Below, one piece after another: positions 27,849 through 42,170 of a DNA stretch of 64,000 nucleotides. Location of the stretch: assembly GCF_009914755.1 (NCBI RefSeq), contig NC_060928.1, one strand, 5' to 3'. Position numbers and translations under genes: made by a program. This stretch comes from the human T2T-CHM13v2.0 reference genome, Homo sapiens. Every line of letters starts with the position of its first letter. Positions within the stretch are counted from its first letter, which is position 1. The notes beneath the pieces are model-generated. The model saw only the letters and a list, made by a program, of their open reading frames with translations, was not told the DNA's origin and searched no databases.

Positions 27849-28435
27849 AGCATTACAAAATGTTCTCTTAGAACAAAGGAAGTCAACTCTTATGAACAGT
27901 TGCTCCATTCCTAAAAGTTCCATGACTCTATCATTCCACAGAAGAAATCAGATAGCTTCAGATTAACAACTGGCAGAGTAACAGTGGCATTTAACAGATG
28001 CATCCCTACATGTTGACCCAGAAATTACACGTTGGACACTCTTTTATAAAAATACAAATACCAGTACATAAGTAAAAAAAAAAAGTATTCACATTATTTT
28101 CATCTTATAACTGGGATGGCAAAGACAATATAATAGGGTTATGAAATTTTAAATTATATATCTCTTCTTAAAGAGAAAGAGTGGGACCATTCAGGCTTCT
28201 TTTTTGCATATTTCCTCTGTTAAAAGGGACATTTTAAGTATTAGCCTTTAATTTACTCCTCCTAAAAAGACCATACATTTTTTCTAAAGTTAAAACTGAC
28301 CTGTAGAAGCTGCCTTATTTTAAAAGTGACTAACACTTACTGTTCTATTCATTATTTTCCCAAATTAACATTGTTTAGTATAATCAATGTCAATGGATGA
28401 TAGACTTTTTTTAGTTTAGAAAAATTCACCTTCTC

Positions 28436-28751
<316 letters not shown>

Positions 28752-29809
28752 AGAAAAATTCACCTTCTCTTAATTAATAAATCACAAAGGAAAACATGAG
28801 TCATGATTTAGAAAGTGCTTGAATGTTGAGCAAGAATCTTAAAGATGTATTATTTGACAATCTATTAATTATAATGAAGAAACCTGACAAAATCTGTCAA
28901 AATTATAAGTCAATTTTATATTTAAAAACCTTAAGTATGGAATATATGTGTGTTCTTTGGGGTTCATAACAGTGTTCAAATATGAACTGATGATTTAAGC
29001 ACCACATTTAAAAGGCGAATAAAAATAGGAAGATAAGAGGAAGAAGAGGGGGAAAAAAAGGAAACAAAGATAATCTCTGGGGTTGCAAAGTACACCAGAT
29101 GTCATTTTCAATGTTGTCTCTGAATACTGTATCTTTTTTGGTTTTCTTTGTTTTAGAAAATGTCATGTACCATGAGCTGCAGCTTTGCTCTAGTTTTATT
29201 GCCTGTCACAGTCACAGTTGACAAAGCCAGTCTTTTTGCCATCAGTCTCAGTTCAACTATACTGCTGACTACCTCAAAGAGTGTAGAAAATTTATTGCAA
29301 AGCAAGGTGCACTTCATGCTTACAGCTATTGCAGCAACATCGTTAATAATATACTGACATAACCCCAAGCAACTGCTATATGTGACAGAGGAGAGTAAAT
29401 TCCTAAAACACAGTATATCCCATCATGTATGTGAGAGCATGGTTTAGTAAGCAGCCCTCCATTCCTACTCTGAAATTTTCCACTAGCAACCATCCATTAT
29501 TGCAATGTTCATTTTAACAAGAAGCAAACAAAGATTTTGTGCACGTATGATTTTGAATGTACATCTAGATGCTTAAAACACGATCAGAGTAAAAGAGTTT
29601 TTCAAGCTATAGGGCTCACATGGTAAGTTGAATGTATATTTCAGGTTTCAATTTTAGGGAGAAAAATCCTTTTGATTCAACTGAAGGGAGTGAAGCCATT
29701 TTTAAATTTTAATATTTTTGAGTTTCTATTAACAAAGACAAAGGTAGTTCAAAATTTCTTCCATGTGAAGCAAGAAATAATGTTTAAAACTACATTGTTT
29801 TTAATGTAA

Positions 29810-30020
29810 CTCTTTGTGTTCAAATCCTAGCTCTAAAACATGCTACCTGTATGACCGTGGGCAAGTTGCTCATCAGCTCTGTACCAAATTCCCTAAACAG
29901 TAAAATGAAAGAAATAATACTACCTATTCCCTAGAGTGATGGCAGGAATAAAAGAATTCAATATGCATAAAAAATTAAAGGAATGTATGTCCTGTAATAA
30001 ATATCAAATAAATTTAGCTC
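29810..30020 (+). mobile_element. MIR
   Basis: ttcaaatcctagctct...tgtatgaccgtgggcaagtt...gtaaaatg...aataatactacct. Confidence 0.8.
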
Positions 30021-32078
30021 TTGTGATTGTGTTTGTCTATTCTTTTAATGTCCTTTAAAATCTGACTTCGTATTTTCTATTCAAAGGTATTTGAAACAAA
30101 GTCCCTCATTCTGGTATTTAGCATCCTCTGTGACTCAAATATTATTAGTTCCTGATCATTAAATAATTGAACCTCTCTTGGGAGACTGAGGTTAGTCCTA
30201 ACCTCACCTTCTATCTTGTAACTTCCACCACTAAGGAAAGGGAAGCACCATCTCCCCTTTCCTCTATTTATTATTTAGTATCTTAGTCTGGCTGCCTAAC
30301 TTCCCTGATTTATTCAGCCCTGATTCATTGATCCTTACTCCTATCCTTTTCATCTATACCCTGTGGAAACTTCATGATAGTGATAACAAAAGAATCTATA
30401 TCTCAGTCGTGTTGTAGAAGGCTTTCCCCACTTTAGGGATGTAATTGAAAATTAGTCACCTGAGAATGGATTATTTAGGTTTCTTACTGTTTTATTGGTT
30501 TCTCCTTCTCTGGCAGATCCTAAACTGAAAGTTACTCCTTAATTTGACACATGGTGATATGAATAGCATGCTTTCTAACTGTTTCTCCAGCCTCATCCCT
30601 GCCAGAACCTATCTCAGAAATTATATGGTTTCAATTATTTTTTTGTTTTTATTTTTAATTTGTGTGGGTACAGAGTAGGTGTATATATTTATGAGGCACA
30701 TGAAATATTTTGATAAAGACATACAATGCTTAATAATCACATCAAGGTAAATGGGGTAGCCATTACCTCAAGCATTTATCCTTTCTTTGTATCACAAACA
30801 ATCCAATTATACTACTCTTCTACTTATTTTAATTGTACAATAAATTATTATGGACTATAGCCTCTCTATTCTGCTGTCAAATACTAGCTCCTATTCATTC
30901 TATCTAAATATATTTATGTACTCATTAACCATCCCCATTCCCCAATCTCCATTACACTTCCAAGCATTGGGTTCCATCCTTCTACAGTCCATCCATGAAT
31001 TCAATTGTTTTAATTTTTAGCTCTTACAAATGAGTGAGAATATGTGAAGTTTGTCTTTTCACGCCTGGCTTACTTCACTTAACCTAATGACTTATGGATC
31101 CATCCATGCTATTGCAAATGACAAAATCTTATTCTTTCTATGGCTGAATAGCATTCATTATATATATTTACTATATTTTCTTTATTCATTCATCTATTAA
31201 TGGAAACTTAGGTTGATTCCAAATATTGACTATTGGAAATAGTGGTGCAATAATCATGGGAGTGCAGATACCTCTTCAATATACTGATTTAATTTCTATT
31301 GGATATATGCCTAGCAATGGGACTGCTGGGTCATCTGGCAGTTGTATTTGTAGTTTTCTGAGAAACCTCCAAACTGTTCTCAATAGTGGTTGTACTAATT
31401 TACATTCCCACCAACAGTGTATGAGAGTACCTTTTTCTGCACATCCCAGCATTTGCTATTGCCTGTCTTTTGGGTAAAAGCCATTTTTAACTAGGGTAGG
31501 ATAATATCTGATTGTAGTTTTGATTTTCATTTCCCTGTTGATCAATGTTATTGAGTACATTTTCATATACATGTTTGCCATTTATATCTCTTCTTTTGAG
31601 AAATGTCTATTCAAATATTTTGCCCATTTTTAAATTGAATTATTAAACTTTTTCCTATAGAGTTGTTTGAGCTCCTTATATAACCTGGTTATTAGTCCCT
31701 TGTCAGATGGGTAGCTTGCAAAAATATTTTCTCCCATTATATCAGTTGTCTCTTCACTCTGCTGATTGTTTGCTTTGCTGTGCAAAGCTTTTTAACTTGA
31801 TGTGATCCAATTTGTCTACATTTGCTTGGGTTGCCTTTGTTTGTGGGGTATTACTCAAGAAATCTTTGCCCAATCCAATATCTTGGAGAGTTTTTCCAAT
31901 GTCTTATTTTACTAGTTAATAGTTTAAAGTCTCAGACCTAAGTCTTCAATTCATTATAATGTAATGTTTGCATATGGTGAGAGATAGGGGTCTAGTTTCT
32001 ATTTCTCTGCATATAGATATCCAGTTTTCCCAGCACCATTTATTTAAGAGGCTAGCCTTTTTCCAATGTATGTTGTAA

Positions 32079-34678
32079 TGGTATTGTTTGGCTCTGTGTC
32101 CCCACCCAAATCTCATCTTGAATTGTACTCCCATAATTCCCATGTGTTGTAGGAGGGACTTGGTGGGAGATAACTTGAATCATGCGGGCAGTTTCCCCTA
32201 TACTGTTCTCATGGTAGTGAATAAGTCTCATGAGATCTGATGGTTTTTTCAGGGGTTTCTGCTTTTACATCTTCCTCATTTTCTTTGCTACCACCATGTA
32301 AGAAGTGCCCTTCACCTCCCACCATGATTCTGAGGCCTCCCCAGCCATGTGGAACTGTAAGTCCAATTAAACCTCTTCTTCCCAGTCTTGGGTATGTCTT
32401 TACAAGCAGCATGAAACTAAACTAATACAATAAATTGGTATCTGTAGAGTGGGGCATTGCTGAAAAGACACGTGGAAATGTGGAAGCGACTTTGGAACTG
32501 GGTAACAGGCAAATGTTGGAACAGTTTGGAGGGCTCAGAAGAAGACAGAAAAATGTGGGAAAGTTTGGAACTTCCTAGAGACTCATTGTATGACTTTGAC
32601 CAGAAGCCTGATAATGGTATGGACAGTAAGGTGCAGGCTGAGGAGGTCTCAGATGGAGATGAGGAACTTGTTGGAAACTGGAGCAAAGGTAATTCTTCCT
32701 ATGTTTTAGTAAGGAGATTGGCAGCATTTTGCCCCTGCCCTAGGGATTTGTGGAACTTTGAACTTCAGAGAGATGATTTATGGTATTTGGCAGAAGAAAT
32801 TTCTTTTCTTTTTTCTTTTTTTTCTTTTTTTGAGACGGAGTCTCGCTCTGTCACCCAGGCTGTAGTGCAATGGTGCGATCTCGGCTCACTGCAAGCTCCG
32901 CCTCCCGGGTTCATGCCATTCTCCTTCCTCAGCCTCCTGAGTAGCTGGGCTACAGGTGCCCGCCACCAGACCCGGCTAATTTTTTGTATTTTTAGTAGAG
33001 ACAGGGTTTCACTGTGTTAGCCAGGATGGTCTTGATCTCCTGACCTCGTGATCTGCCCGCCTCGGTCTCCCAAACTGCTGGGACTACAGGCATGAGTCAC
33101 TGCGCCCGGCCGGCAGAAGAAATTTCTAAGCAGCAAAGCATTCGAGAGGTGACTTCGGTGCTGTTAATAGCATTCAGTTTTATAAGGGAAGCAGAACATA
33201 AAAATTTGGAAAATTTGCAGCCTGACAATATGACAGAAAAGAAAAACCCATTTTCTGAGGAGAAATTCAAGCCAGCTGCAGAAATTTAGGTAAGTAATGA
33301 GGAGCTGAATGTTAATCCTCAAGACAATGGGGAAAATATATCCAGGGCATGTCAGAGACATTCAAGGCAGCCTCTCCCATCACAGGCCCAGATGCCTAGG
33401 AGAAAATGGTTTCTTGGGCTGGTTCCAGGGTCTCTGTGCAGTGTGCAGTCTAGGGACTTGGTGACCTGTGTTGAAGTGGCTCCAGCCATGGCTGAAAGAG
33501 GCCAATGTGGAGTTCAGGCCATGGCTTCAGGGGGTGCAAGCCCCAAGCCTTGGCAGCTTCCATGTGGTGTTGATCCTACAAGTGCACACACGTCAACATT
33601 TGAGGTTTGAGAACCTTGCCTAGATTTCAGAATATGTATGGAAACACTCGGAGGCCCAGGCAGAAGTTTGTTGCAGGGATGGGGAGCTCATGGAGAACCT
33701 CTGCTAGGACAGTGCAGAAGGGAAATGTGGGGTCAGAGCCCCAACACAGAGTCCCTACTGGGACACCACTTAGTGGAGCTGTGAGAAGAGCACCAACGTC
33801 CTCCAGACCCCAGAATGGTAGATCCAGACAGCTTGCACCATTCTCCTGGAAAAGCCACACCCTCAATGGCAGCCCATGAAAGCAGCTGGGAGGGAGGTTG
33901 TACCCTGCAAAGCCATAGGGGCAGAGCTGCCTAAGACCATGAGAACCCACCTCTTACATCAGCATGACCTGGATGTGAGAACTGGAGTAAAAGGAGGCCA
34001 CTTTGGAGGTTTAAAATTTGACTGCCTCGCTGGATTTCAGACTTGCGTGGGCCCTGTAATCACTTTGTTTTGGCCAATTTCTCCCATTTAGAATGACTGT
34101 ATTTACCCAATGCCTGTACCTCTAATGTATTTAGGAAGTAACTAGCTTGCTTTTGATTTTACAGGCTCATCAGTGGAAGGGACTTGCCTTGTCTCCAATA
34201 AGACTTTGGACTGTGGACTTTTGGGTTAATGCTGAAATGAGTTAAGACTTTGGGGTACTGTTGGGAAGCCATGATTGGTTTTGAAACGTGAAGACGTGAA
34301 ATTTAGAGGGGCCTGGGGCAGACTGATATGGTCTGGCTCTGTGTTCCCACCCAAATCTCATCTTGAGTTGCACTCCCACAATTCCCGTGTTTTGTGGGAG
34401 AGATCCTGTGGGAGATAATTTAAATCATGGGGGTAGTTTCCCCCATACTGTTCTCATGGTAGTGAATAACTCTCACAAGATCTGGTGGTTTTATCAGGCA
34501 TTTCCACATTTGCATCTTCCTCATTTTCTCTTGCCAATGCCATGTAAAAAATGCCTTTAGCCTCCCGCCATTCTTCTGAGGTCTCCTCAGACATGTAGAA
34601 CTGTACATTCAATTAAGCCTCTTTTTCTTTCCAGTTTCAAGTATGTCTTTACTGGCAGTGTGAAAATGGACTAACATA
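32079..34678 (+). mobile_element. Complete THE1A/B-like MaLR provirus (LTR 32079-32429, internal, LTR 34324-34678)
   Basis: Two ~350-bp LTRs; internal region starts taaattggtatc..tagagtgggg; THE1A-type ggggtttctgctttt..cttcctcattttct; no recognisable TSD. Confidence 0.92.
32805..33111 (-). mobile_element. AluY inside the THE1 internal region
   Basis: gcaagctccgcctcccgggttca..ccattct; 16-bp TSD ggcagaagaaatttct at 32789-32804 and 33112-33127. Confidence 0.93.
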
Positions 34679-35039
34679 GCACCTTTGTTGAAAATGAGTT
34701 CACTGTAGATGTATGGATTTATCTCTGAGTTCTATTTTCTATTCTATTGGTCTATGTGTATTTTTTTATTAGAGCACCATGCCACTTTGGTAACAATAGC
34801 TCTGTAGTGTAGTGTGAATGAAGTTAGATAATGTGTTTCCTTCAGTTTTGTTCTATTTGTTCAGGATGGCTTTGGTTCTTTTGTGTTTCTGTATAAATTT
34901 TATGATTTTTTTTCTAATTCTGTTAAGAATGTCATTGATATTTCAATAGGGATTGCATTGAATTTAAAGATTGCTTTGTATAGTATGGATATTTTAACAC
35001 TGATTCTTCCAATCAATGAACATGGAAAATATTTCCTTT

Positions 35040-35079
35040 GTGTGTGTTTGTGTTTCTGTGTGTGTGTGTGTGTGTGTGT
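35040..35079 (+). repeat. (TG)n microsatellite
   Basis: Imperfect then perfect TG run. Confidence 0.9.
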
Positions 35080-38000
35080 CTAGTTTTTGTTGTAGAGAAT
35101 TTTCATTTGTCTGGTTAAGTTTATTCCTAGGCATTTAATTTTATTTGTGACTAATATAAATGGAATTACTTTCTTGATTTCTTTTTCAGATTGTTCACTG
35201 TTAGTAGATAGAAATGCTACTAATATTAATACATTGATTTTATATCTTGCAAGTTTACTGAATTTAGTTTATCATTTCTAATAATTTTTGGGTTGAGTCT
35301 TCAGGGGTTTTTTTTCAAACATACGCTCACATCATTTGCAAACAAGGGTAATAAGACTTCTTCCTTTCCAGTTTGGATGCCTTTTGTTTCTTTCTCTAGT
35401 CTGATTGCCTTAGCTAGGACCATTAGTAATATGTTGAATAACAATGGTGAAAGTGGGCATCCTTGTATTGTTCCAGATCTTAGAGAAAAGATTTTCAGTT
35501 TTTCTCCTTATAGTATGGTATTAGCTGTGGATCTGTCATATATGGCTTAAATGTATTGAGGTATATTCCTTCCATATCTATTTTTGAGGGATTTTATCCT
35601 GAAAGGATGTTGAATTTTATGAAATTTGTTCTCAGTATTAATTGAAATGATCATATGATTTTTATCCTTCATTCTATTGATATGAAGTATCACATTGATT
35701 GATTTGCATATGTTGAAATATCTTTGCATCCCTGGTATAAATCCAACTTGATCACAATGAAGGATCTTTTTAACACAATGTCAAATTTGGTTTTCTAGCA
35801 TTTTGTTAAATGTTCTTGCATCATGTTCATCAGGAATATTGGCCTTTAGTTTTCTTATCTTTTTTTAGATATGTCTTTTTCTGTTTTGCATATCAGGGTA
35901 ATAATGGCCTTGTAGAGCGAGTTTGGAAGTATTCTCTCCTCCTCTATTTTTCCAAATAGTTTGAATAAAATTGTATTTTTTTCTTTAAATATCTGGTAAA
36001 ATTAAACAGTGAAGCCGCTGGATGCAACGGATCCAAGCTTTTTTTTTTTCCCAACCTGGAGACTTTTCATTACAACTTTATTCTCATTATTTGTTATTAA
36101 TATTTTCAAGTTTTGATTTTCTTCGTAGTTTAATCTTGTTAGGTTTTATGTGTTTAGGAATTTACCGATTTCTTCTAGGTTTTTAAATTTATTGACTTAT
36201 AATTGCTCCCAGTAACCTCTAATGATTTTTTGAATTTTTCAAGTATCAGTTGCAGTGTCTCCTTTTCATTTCTGATTTTATTTATTTGTGTGTTCATTTT
36301 TTCTTAGTTAGATGGACTAAATGTTGATTTGGCTTATATTTTCAAAAACACAAATTTTTGTTCCATTTATTTGCTCTTATATTTGTTATTTCTTTTTTCT
36401 AGTAATTTTGGGTTTTATTTGTTCTTGCTTTTCTAGTTGAGATGCATATTTAGGTTGTTTATTTGAAGTTTTTCTTTTTTTTATTTTGCACTATAAATGC
36501 ATTTAATTAGTATGCAGGATTATTAAAATTAGACAATACATACTTAGTCGCTTATACACACAGGCATTTTGTTCTTATCAGAACAGTGGAAATGCTAGGC
36601 TTTTATTGATGTAAACTTTCCTATTATTACTGCTTTCTTATATCCCAAAGGTTTTAATATGTTGTGTTTCCATTTTCATTTGTTTCAATAAATTTTTAAA
36701 TTTTCTTCATAATTTCTTAACCCATTGCTTATTTAAGAGCATATTGTTTCCTTTTTATGTGTTTGCATAGTTTCCAAAATTCCTCTTGTTATTGATTTCT
36801 AGCTTTATTCCTTTGTGGTCAGAGAAGATGCTTGATATTATTTTAATTATTTTTGAATATTTAAAGACTTGTTTTCTGACTTTACATATAATCAATCCTT
36901 GAGAATGATTCAGGTATTGAGGAGAAGTATGTGTATTCCACAGCTACTGGATGTAATGGTCTGTAAATATCTGTTAGTTCTGTTGAGTCTATAGTGCAGA
37001 TTAAGTCTGATATTTCCTTGTTGATTTCTGTGTGCATAATATGTCCAATGTTGAAAGTGGGGTGTCGAAATCTTCAAATATTATTATATTGGGATCTATC
37101 TCTCTCTAGCTCCAATATTATTTGCTTTATATATCTGAGCACACTAGTGTTCAGTGAATATATATTTATAAATGTTACATCCTTTTGATGTATTGACTAC
37201 TTTTTCATTGTTTAATGACCTTCTTTTCCTTTTTTATAATTTTTATCTTGAAATCTATTTGTCTGATAGAAGTATAGCTACTTCTGCTCTGTTTTGGTTC
37301 CCATTAACATGGAATACCTTTTTCCATCCCTTTATCATCATTCTATGTGTGTGTTTATGAGTGAGGTCTATTTCCTGCAGGCAAGAGATCATTGGGTCTT
37401 ATTTTTATCCATTTAGCCATGGTATATCTTTTGAATACAGAGTTTAGCTCATTTTCATTCAATGTTATTATTGACAAATAAGAACTTACTCCTGCTGTTT
37501 TGTTACTTGTTTTCTGGTTTTCTCTCCTTCTTTCCTTCCTTCCTGTTTTCCTTTTAGTGAAGATGATTTTCTCTGGTGGTATGTTTTATTTTATTGCTTT
37601 TTATCTTTTGTGTAATTGATGTATGTTTTTTGACGTGAGGTTACGCTAAGGCTTGCAAATAACAGCTTATAAACCATTAATTTAAACTGGTGACAATTTA
37701 ACACTGATTGCATAAACAAATTAACAAGCTAACAAACAAAGGGTAAACTCACAAAATTGTGCTTGTTAACAACTTCCCCCTGAGCTTTAACTTTTTTTTT
37801 GTTTCTATTCATATCTTATTATACTGCCTAAGTCTTGAAAAGTTATTCCAGTTATTTTTTTGATAGGTTCCTCTTTTAGCGTTTCCTACTCAAAGTATGA
37901 GTAGTTTACACACCACAGTTAGAGTTTTATAATATTCTATGTCTTGTACTTATTTGTCTATGTACTTATGTACATAGACAAATATGTCTATGTACTTATT

Positions 38001-38242
38001 TATACTAAATGATTTCCTATTGCTATTAATTCCCTTTTCTTTCCAACTGATGAACTCCCTTTAGCATTTCTTATAGGACAGGTCTGGTGCTGATGAAATT
38101 CCTCAGCTTTTGTCTATCTGGAAAAGTCTTATTTGTCCTTCTGGTTTTAAAGATATTTTCATAGGATATACTATTCTAGCATAAAAGTATTTTTCTTTCA
38201 GCACTTTAAATATGTCATGCCCAACTCTCCTTGCTTGTCAGG

Positions 38243-39259
38243 TAGGAGTCACAGAGTCAAAGGAGATGATTTAGAAGCTTTCAAATTTAATGACTGCCCT
38301 CTTGGATTTTGGACTTGCATGGGGAATGTAGCCCCTTCATTTTAGCCAATTTCTCCAATTTGGAATGAAAGCATTTACCCAATGCCTGTACCCCCATTGT
38401 AACTTGGAACTAACTAACTTGCTTTTGATGTTACAGGCTCATAGGCAAAAGGAACTTGCCTTGTCTCAGATAAGGCTTTGGACTTGGAGTTTTGGATTAA
38501 TGCTAGAATGAGTTAAGATTTGGGGGGACTGTTGGGAAGACATGATTTTGTTTTGTAATGTGAGAAGGAAATTCAGGGGAGTCAAGGTCAGGATAATATG
38601 GTTTGGCTCTGTTTCCCCACCAAATATCATCTTGAATTGCAATTCCTATGTGTCATGGGAGGTACCTGGTGGGAAGCGATTGGATCATGGGGGTGGTTTC
38701 CCCATGCTGTTCTCATGATAGTGAGTGAGTTCTCACGAGGTCTGATGGTTTAGAAGTGTATGGCAATTCCACTCTCTGTCTCTCCTGTCATCAAATAAAA
38801 TGTGCTTTGCTTCATCTTTACCTTCCATCATGATTGTAAGTTTCCTGAGACTTTCCCAGCCATGAGGAACTGTGAGTCAATTAAACCTCTTTTCTTTACA
38901 AATTATCAAGTCTAAGGTAGTTGTTTTTTTTTTTTTTTTTTTGGAGACGGAGTCTCGCTCTTTCACCCAGGCCGGAGTGCAATGGCGCTATCTTGGCTCA
39001 CTGCAAGCTCCGCCTCCCGGGTTCACGCCATTCTCCCGCCTCAGCTTCCTGAGTAGCTGGGACTACAGGCGCCCACCACCGAGCCCGGCTAATTTTTTGT
39101 ATTTTTAGTAGAGACGGGGTTTCACCGTGTTAGCCAGGATGGTCTCGATCTCCTGACCTCGTGATCCACCCACCTCAGCCTCCCAAAGTGCTGGGATTAC
39201 AGGCGTGAGCCACCGCGCCCGGCAAGGCAGTTCTTTATAGCAGTGTGAAAATGAGTACA
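38243..39259 (+). mobile_element. THE1D/MSTA-type MaLR remnant: 3' internal fragment (38243-38593) plus 3' LTR (38594-39259)
   Basis: gagtcaaaggagat...tgcctgtacccccattgt...taactaacttgcttttga internal motifs; LTR begins taatatggtttggctctgt. Confidence 0.85.
38927..39223 (-). mobile_element. AluY (Ye-like variants) inside the MaLR LTR
   Basis: AluY backbone with sense GATAGCGCC, TCCGGCC and GAAAGAG variants; 13-bp TSD aaggtagttgttt / aaggcagttcttt. Confidence 0.88.
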
Positions 39260-39733
39260 GTAGGTTTCCACTAAAAAATGTGCCACCAGATATATTGGAG
39301 CTCGTTTATGTGCTTTTTGTTTCTTTTCTCTTGCTCCTTTAGAATCCTAAAGGAAGGATCCTTTCTTTATCCATTACTTTTAGAAAGTTCCATTATTAAA
39401 TATTTTGAGGTGGTCTTATTTGGATCAAATCTGCTTGGTATTTTATAACTTTCTTCTACTTGAATATTGTTATCTTTCTCTAGGTTTGGAAAGTTATCTG
39501 TTACTATTTCTTTAAAGAAACTTCTGTCCCCATCGCTCTCTTTCTACCTCCTCCTTAAGGATGAGAACTCTTTGATTTCCCTTTTGACACTTGTTGTTTA
39601 GATCCTGCAGGCAAGCCTCATTCTTTTTAATTTTTTTTTCCTTTTGTCACCTCTATGTATTTTCAAATAGCCCATCTTCAAGCTCACTATTTCTTGATCC
39701 TGCTTGACCAATTATACCATTAAGGAACTCTGA

Positions 39734-40183
<450 letters not shown>

Positions 40184-40879
40184 TAGCTCCAGAATTTCTG
40201 TCTGATTTTTAAAAATTATTTTAATCTCTTTGTTACATTTATCTGATAGGGTTTTAAATTCTTTCTCTGTGTTATCTGGGATTTCACTGAGCTTCCCCAG
40301 AATAGCTGTTTTGAATTATCTAAGATATCACATATCTCTGTATCTCTAGAACTGGGCCCTGGTGACTTATTTAGTGAGATCACGTTTTCCTGAATGGTCT
40401 TGATGCTTTTGGATGTTCATCAGTGTCTGGGCATTGAAGAATTAAGTATTTATTGTAGTCTTCAAAGTCTGAACAATATGCAAATTTATCTTTGTAATCC
40501 CTTTGTGAATAGCTATGCTAGGCTCCTTTTCTGTAGTAGTACTATTCCTTTCACTTTAATTATATATGTTTGTCTGCTTTTTATGACAAACAAATAGCTT
40601 TATTATGAGAGACTCACCATAATGTGTCTTCATTTTTCATATTCATTCATAAGCACAGAAGCCTTGCTAATAAAGAGCAAGGAATACAACTGAAATTGGG
40701 GATACAAGTAGGGTGAGGAAGAGACTGATTTAGGAGCTTGTTTAAGAAGGCTATTCTAGAAGATGGCCACAAAATGTGGAGAGAGTTAAAATAGTATAAA
40801 AATGCTAATAGTTCCTTAATCGAGCATGTGACTAGAGGATTATTTACATTTGTTGTCTCTGCCTCATCCTTTTATTTTT

Positions 40880-41395
40880 CTACTTCATCAGAGAGGAAAG
40901 GGGAGGCAACATTGGCCTACAGACAGTTTACGGTTTAAACACACTACCGACTGACTAAAGCCAACTTAAAATTTCCCTAGTTCCTGGCTAATGTTCCTGA
41001 TCTCCTTTTTCTTAGATCATTTTCTTTAAAAAAAACTTCCAATTAAAAATTCCTTTCCTGTCTCTTTGAGATGTAAATATTCCAAAACTCAGAAATATCT
41101 TTCTCAAGGCCCCAAGAGCTATCTCTTTGAAATGTAATAATCAAGAAAGATAGGGCCTCTATCTCCTGGTCTCTGTAGAAATGTAGGAGCCTAATGGCCT
41201 AATTACATTAAACAAACTTGCCCTAACATAATGCAGCCCTTTTTTATGAACTCACTCAGTGTTTAAAAATCATCCTGCCTTTTGTTTCAGTGGAGTTGAA
41301 TTTAATCTTTGAAGTTAATCTCTCTCTCCATCTACAGTAGTATAAATAAAACCTTCCTTTCCCATATAACTGGTGAGGTATAATCTTTCTTAGAG
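40880..41395 (+). mobile_element. MER34/MER39-group ERV1 solo LTR
   Basis: ctttgagatgtaaat...tttctcaagg...ctttgaaatgtaataatcaagaaagatagggcctctatctcc...aataaaaccttcctt. Confidence 0.65.
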
Positions 41396-42170
41396 CGTTC
41401 TTAATAGATACAAGGTCTATAGTCCAAAAATATACAAAATTCTATCACCATTCCTACACTGTTTCTAATTTCTATTATGTTACTTTATTTTTTTTTCCTA
41501 ATTTGGAATTAGCATTCAGATTGTCTCATTTCAGTTTCAAGTAAAATACGTGAAAAAAAAACTCTCTCTCTAATTCATCATTATTTTAAACCAAGTTATT
41601 TTAAAAAAATTGGTCCCTAAATAAGGCTATGGGATGTGTACAGTTTATCAGGAAATACAGATGAGTACATGCCTGAAGGCAGTTTAAATGAGGAAAGCAA
41701 TTTGAGTTCCTCAGACCTGACCTAAAATGTATTATATAAAATACAAATGAGTTAACCCACTTAGGAAAGAACTCATTCAAACATTGAGTCTGAGATGCAT
41801 GTATTTGGAAGTGTCCTTAGGGTAAGGCCCTGCCCCAGGGAAAGATCTTGGTCAGAGTTGTCCACCAAAACCAGGAACTTCCCTAGGCTAAAATGTGTAG
41901 TGGTTCAAGGCTGATTTCAGGCTCTCTTATTTCATGATTATTCCCTCACCTCCTCTTCCCTATCATAATCCCTGGCTGCAGCCTTTATTTCAGAATCTCT
42001 CACATAAACATTTTGCATGAATTTACCATCTTCCAACATCACCACTTTTATTTTCATCAAATCCCTCTCCTCCAAACTAAGTCTTACTCATTCCATAGTT
42101 TGGTTCTTTCAAGTCCTACTCATTGATGATTAAATCTAATGAATTATATAAACAAGTGAGCTAATTACAT

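Noticed and set aside
32457-34091. 187-aa ORF and neighbouring ORFs
   Set aside because: THE1 internal remnant fused to antisense AluY; no support as a gene
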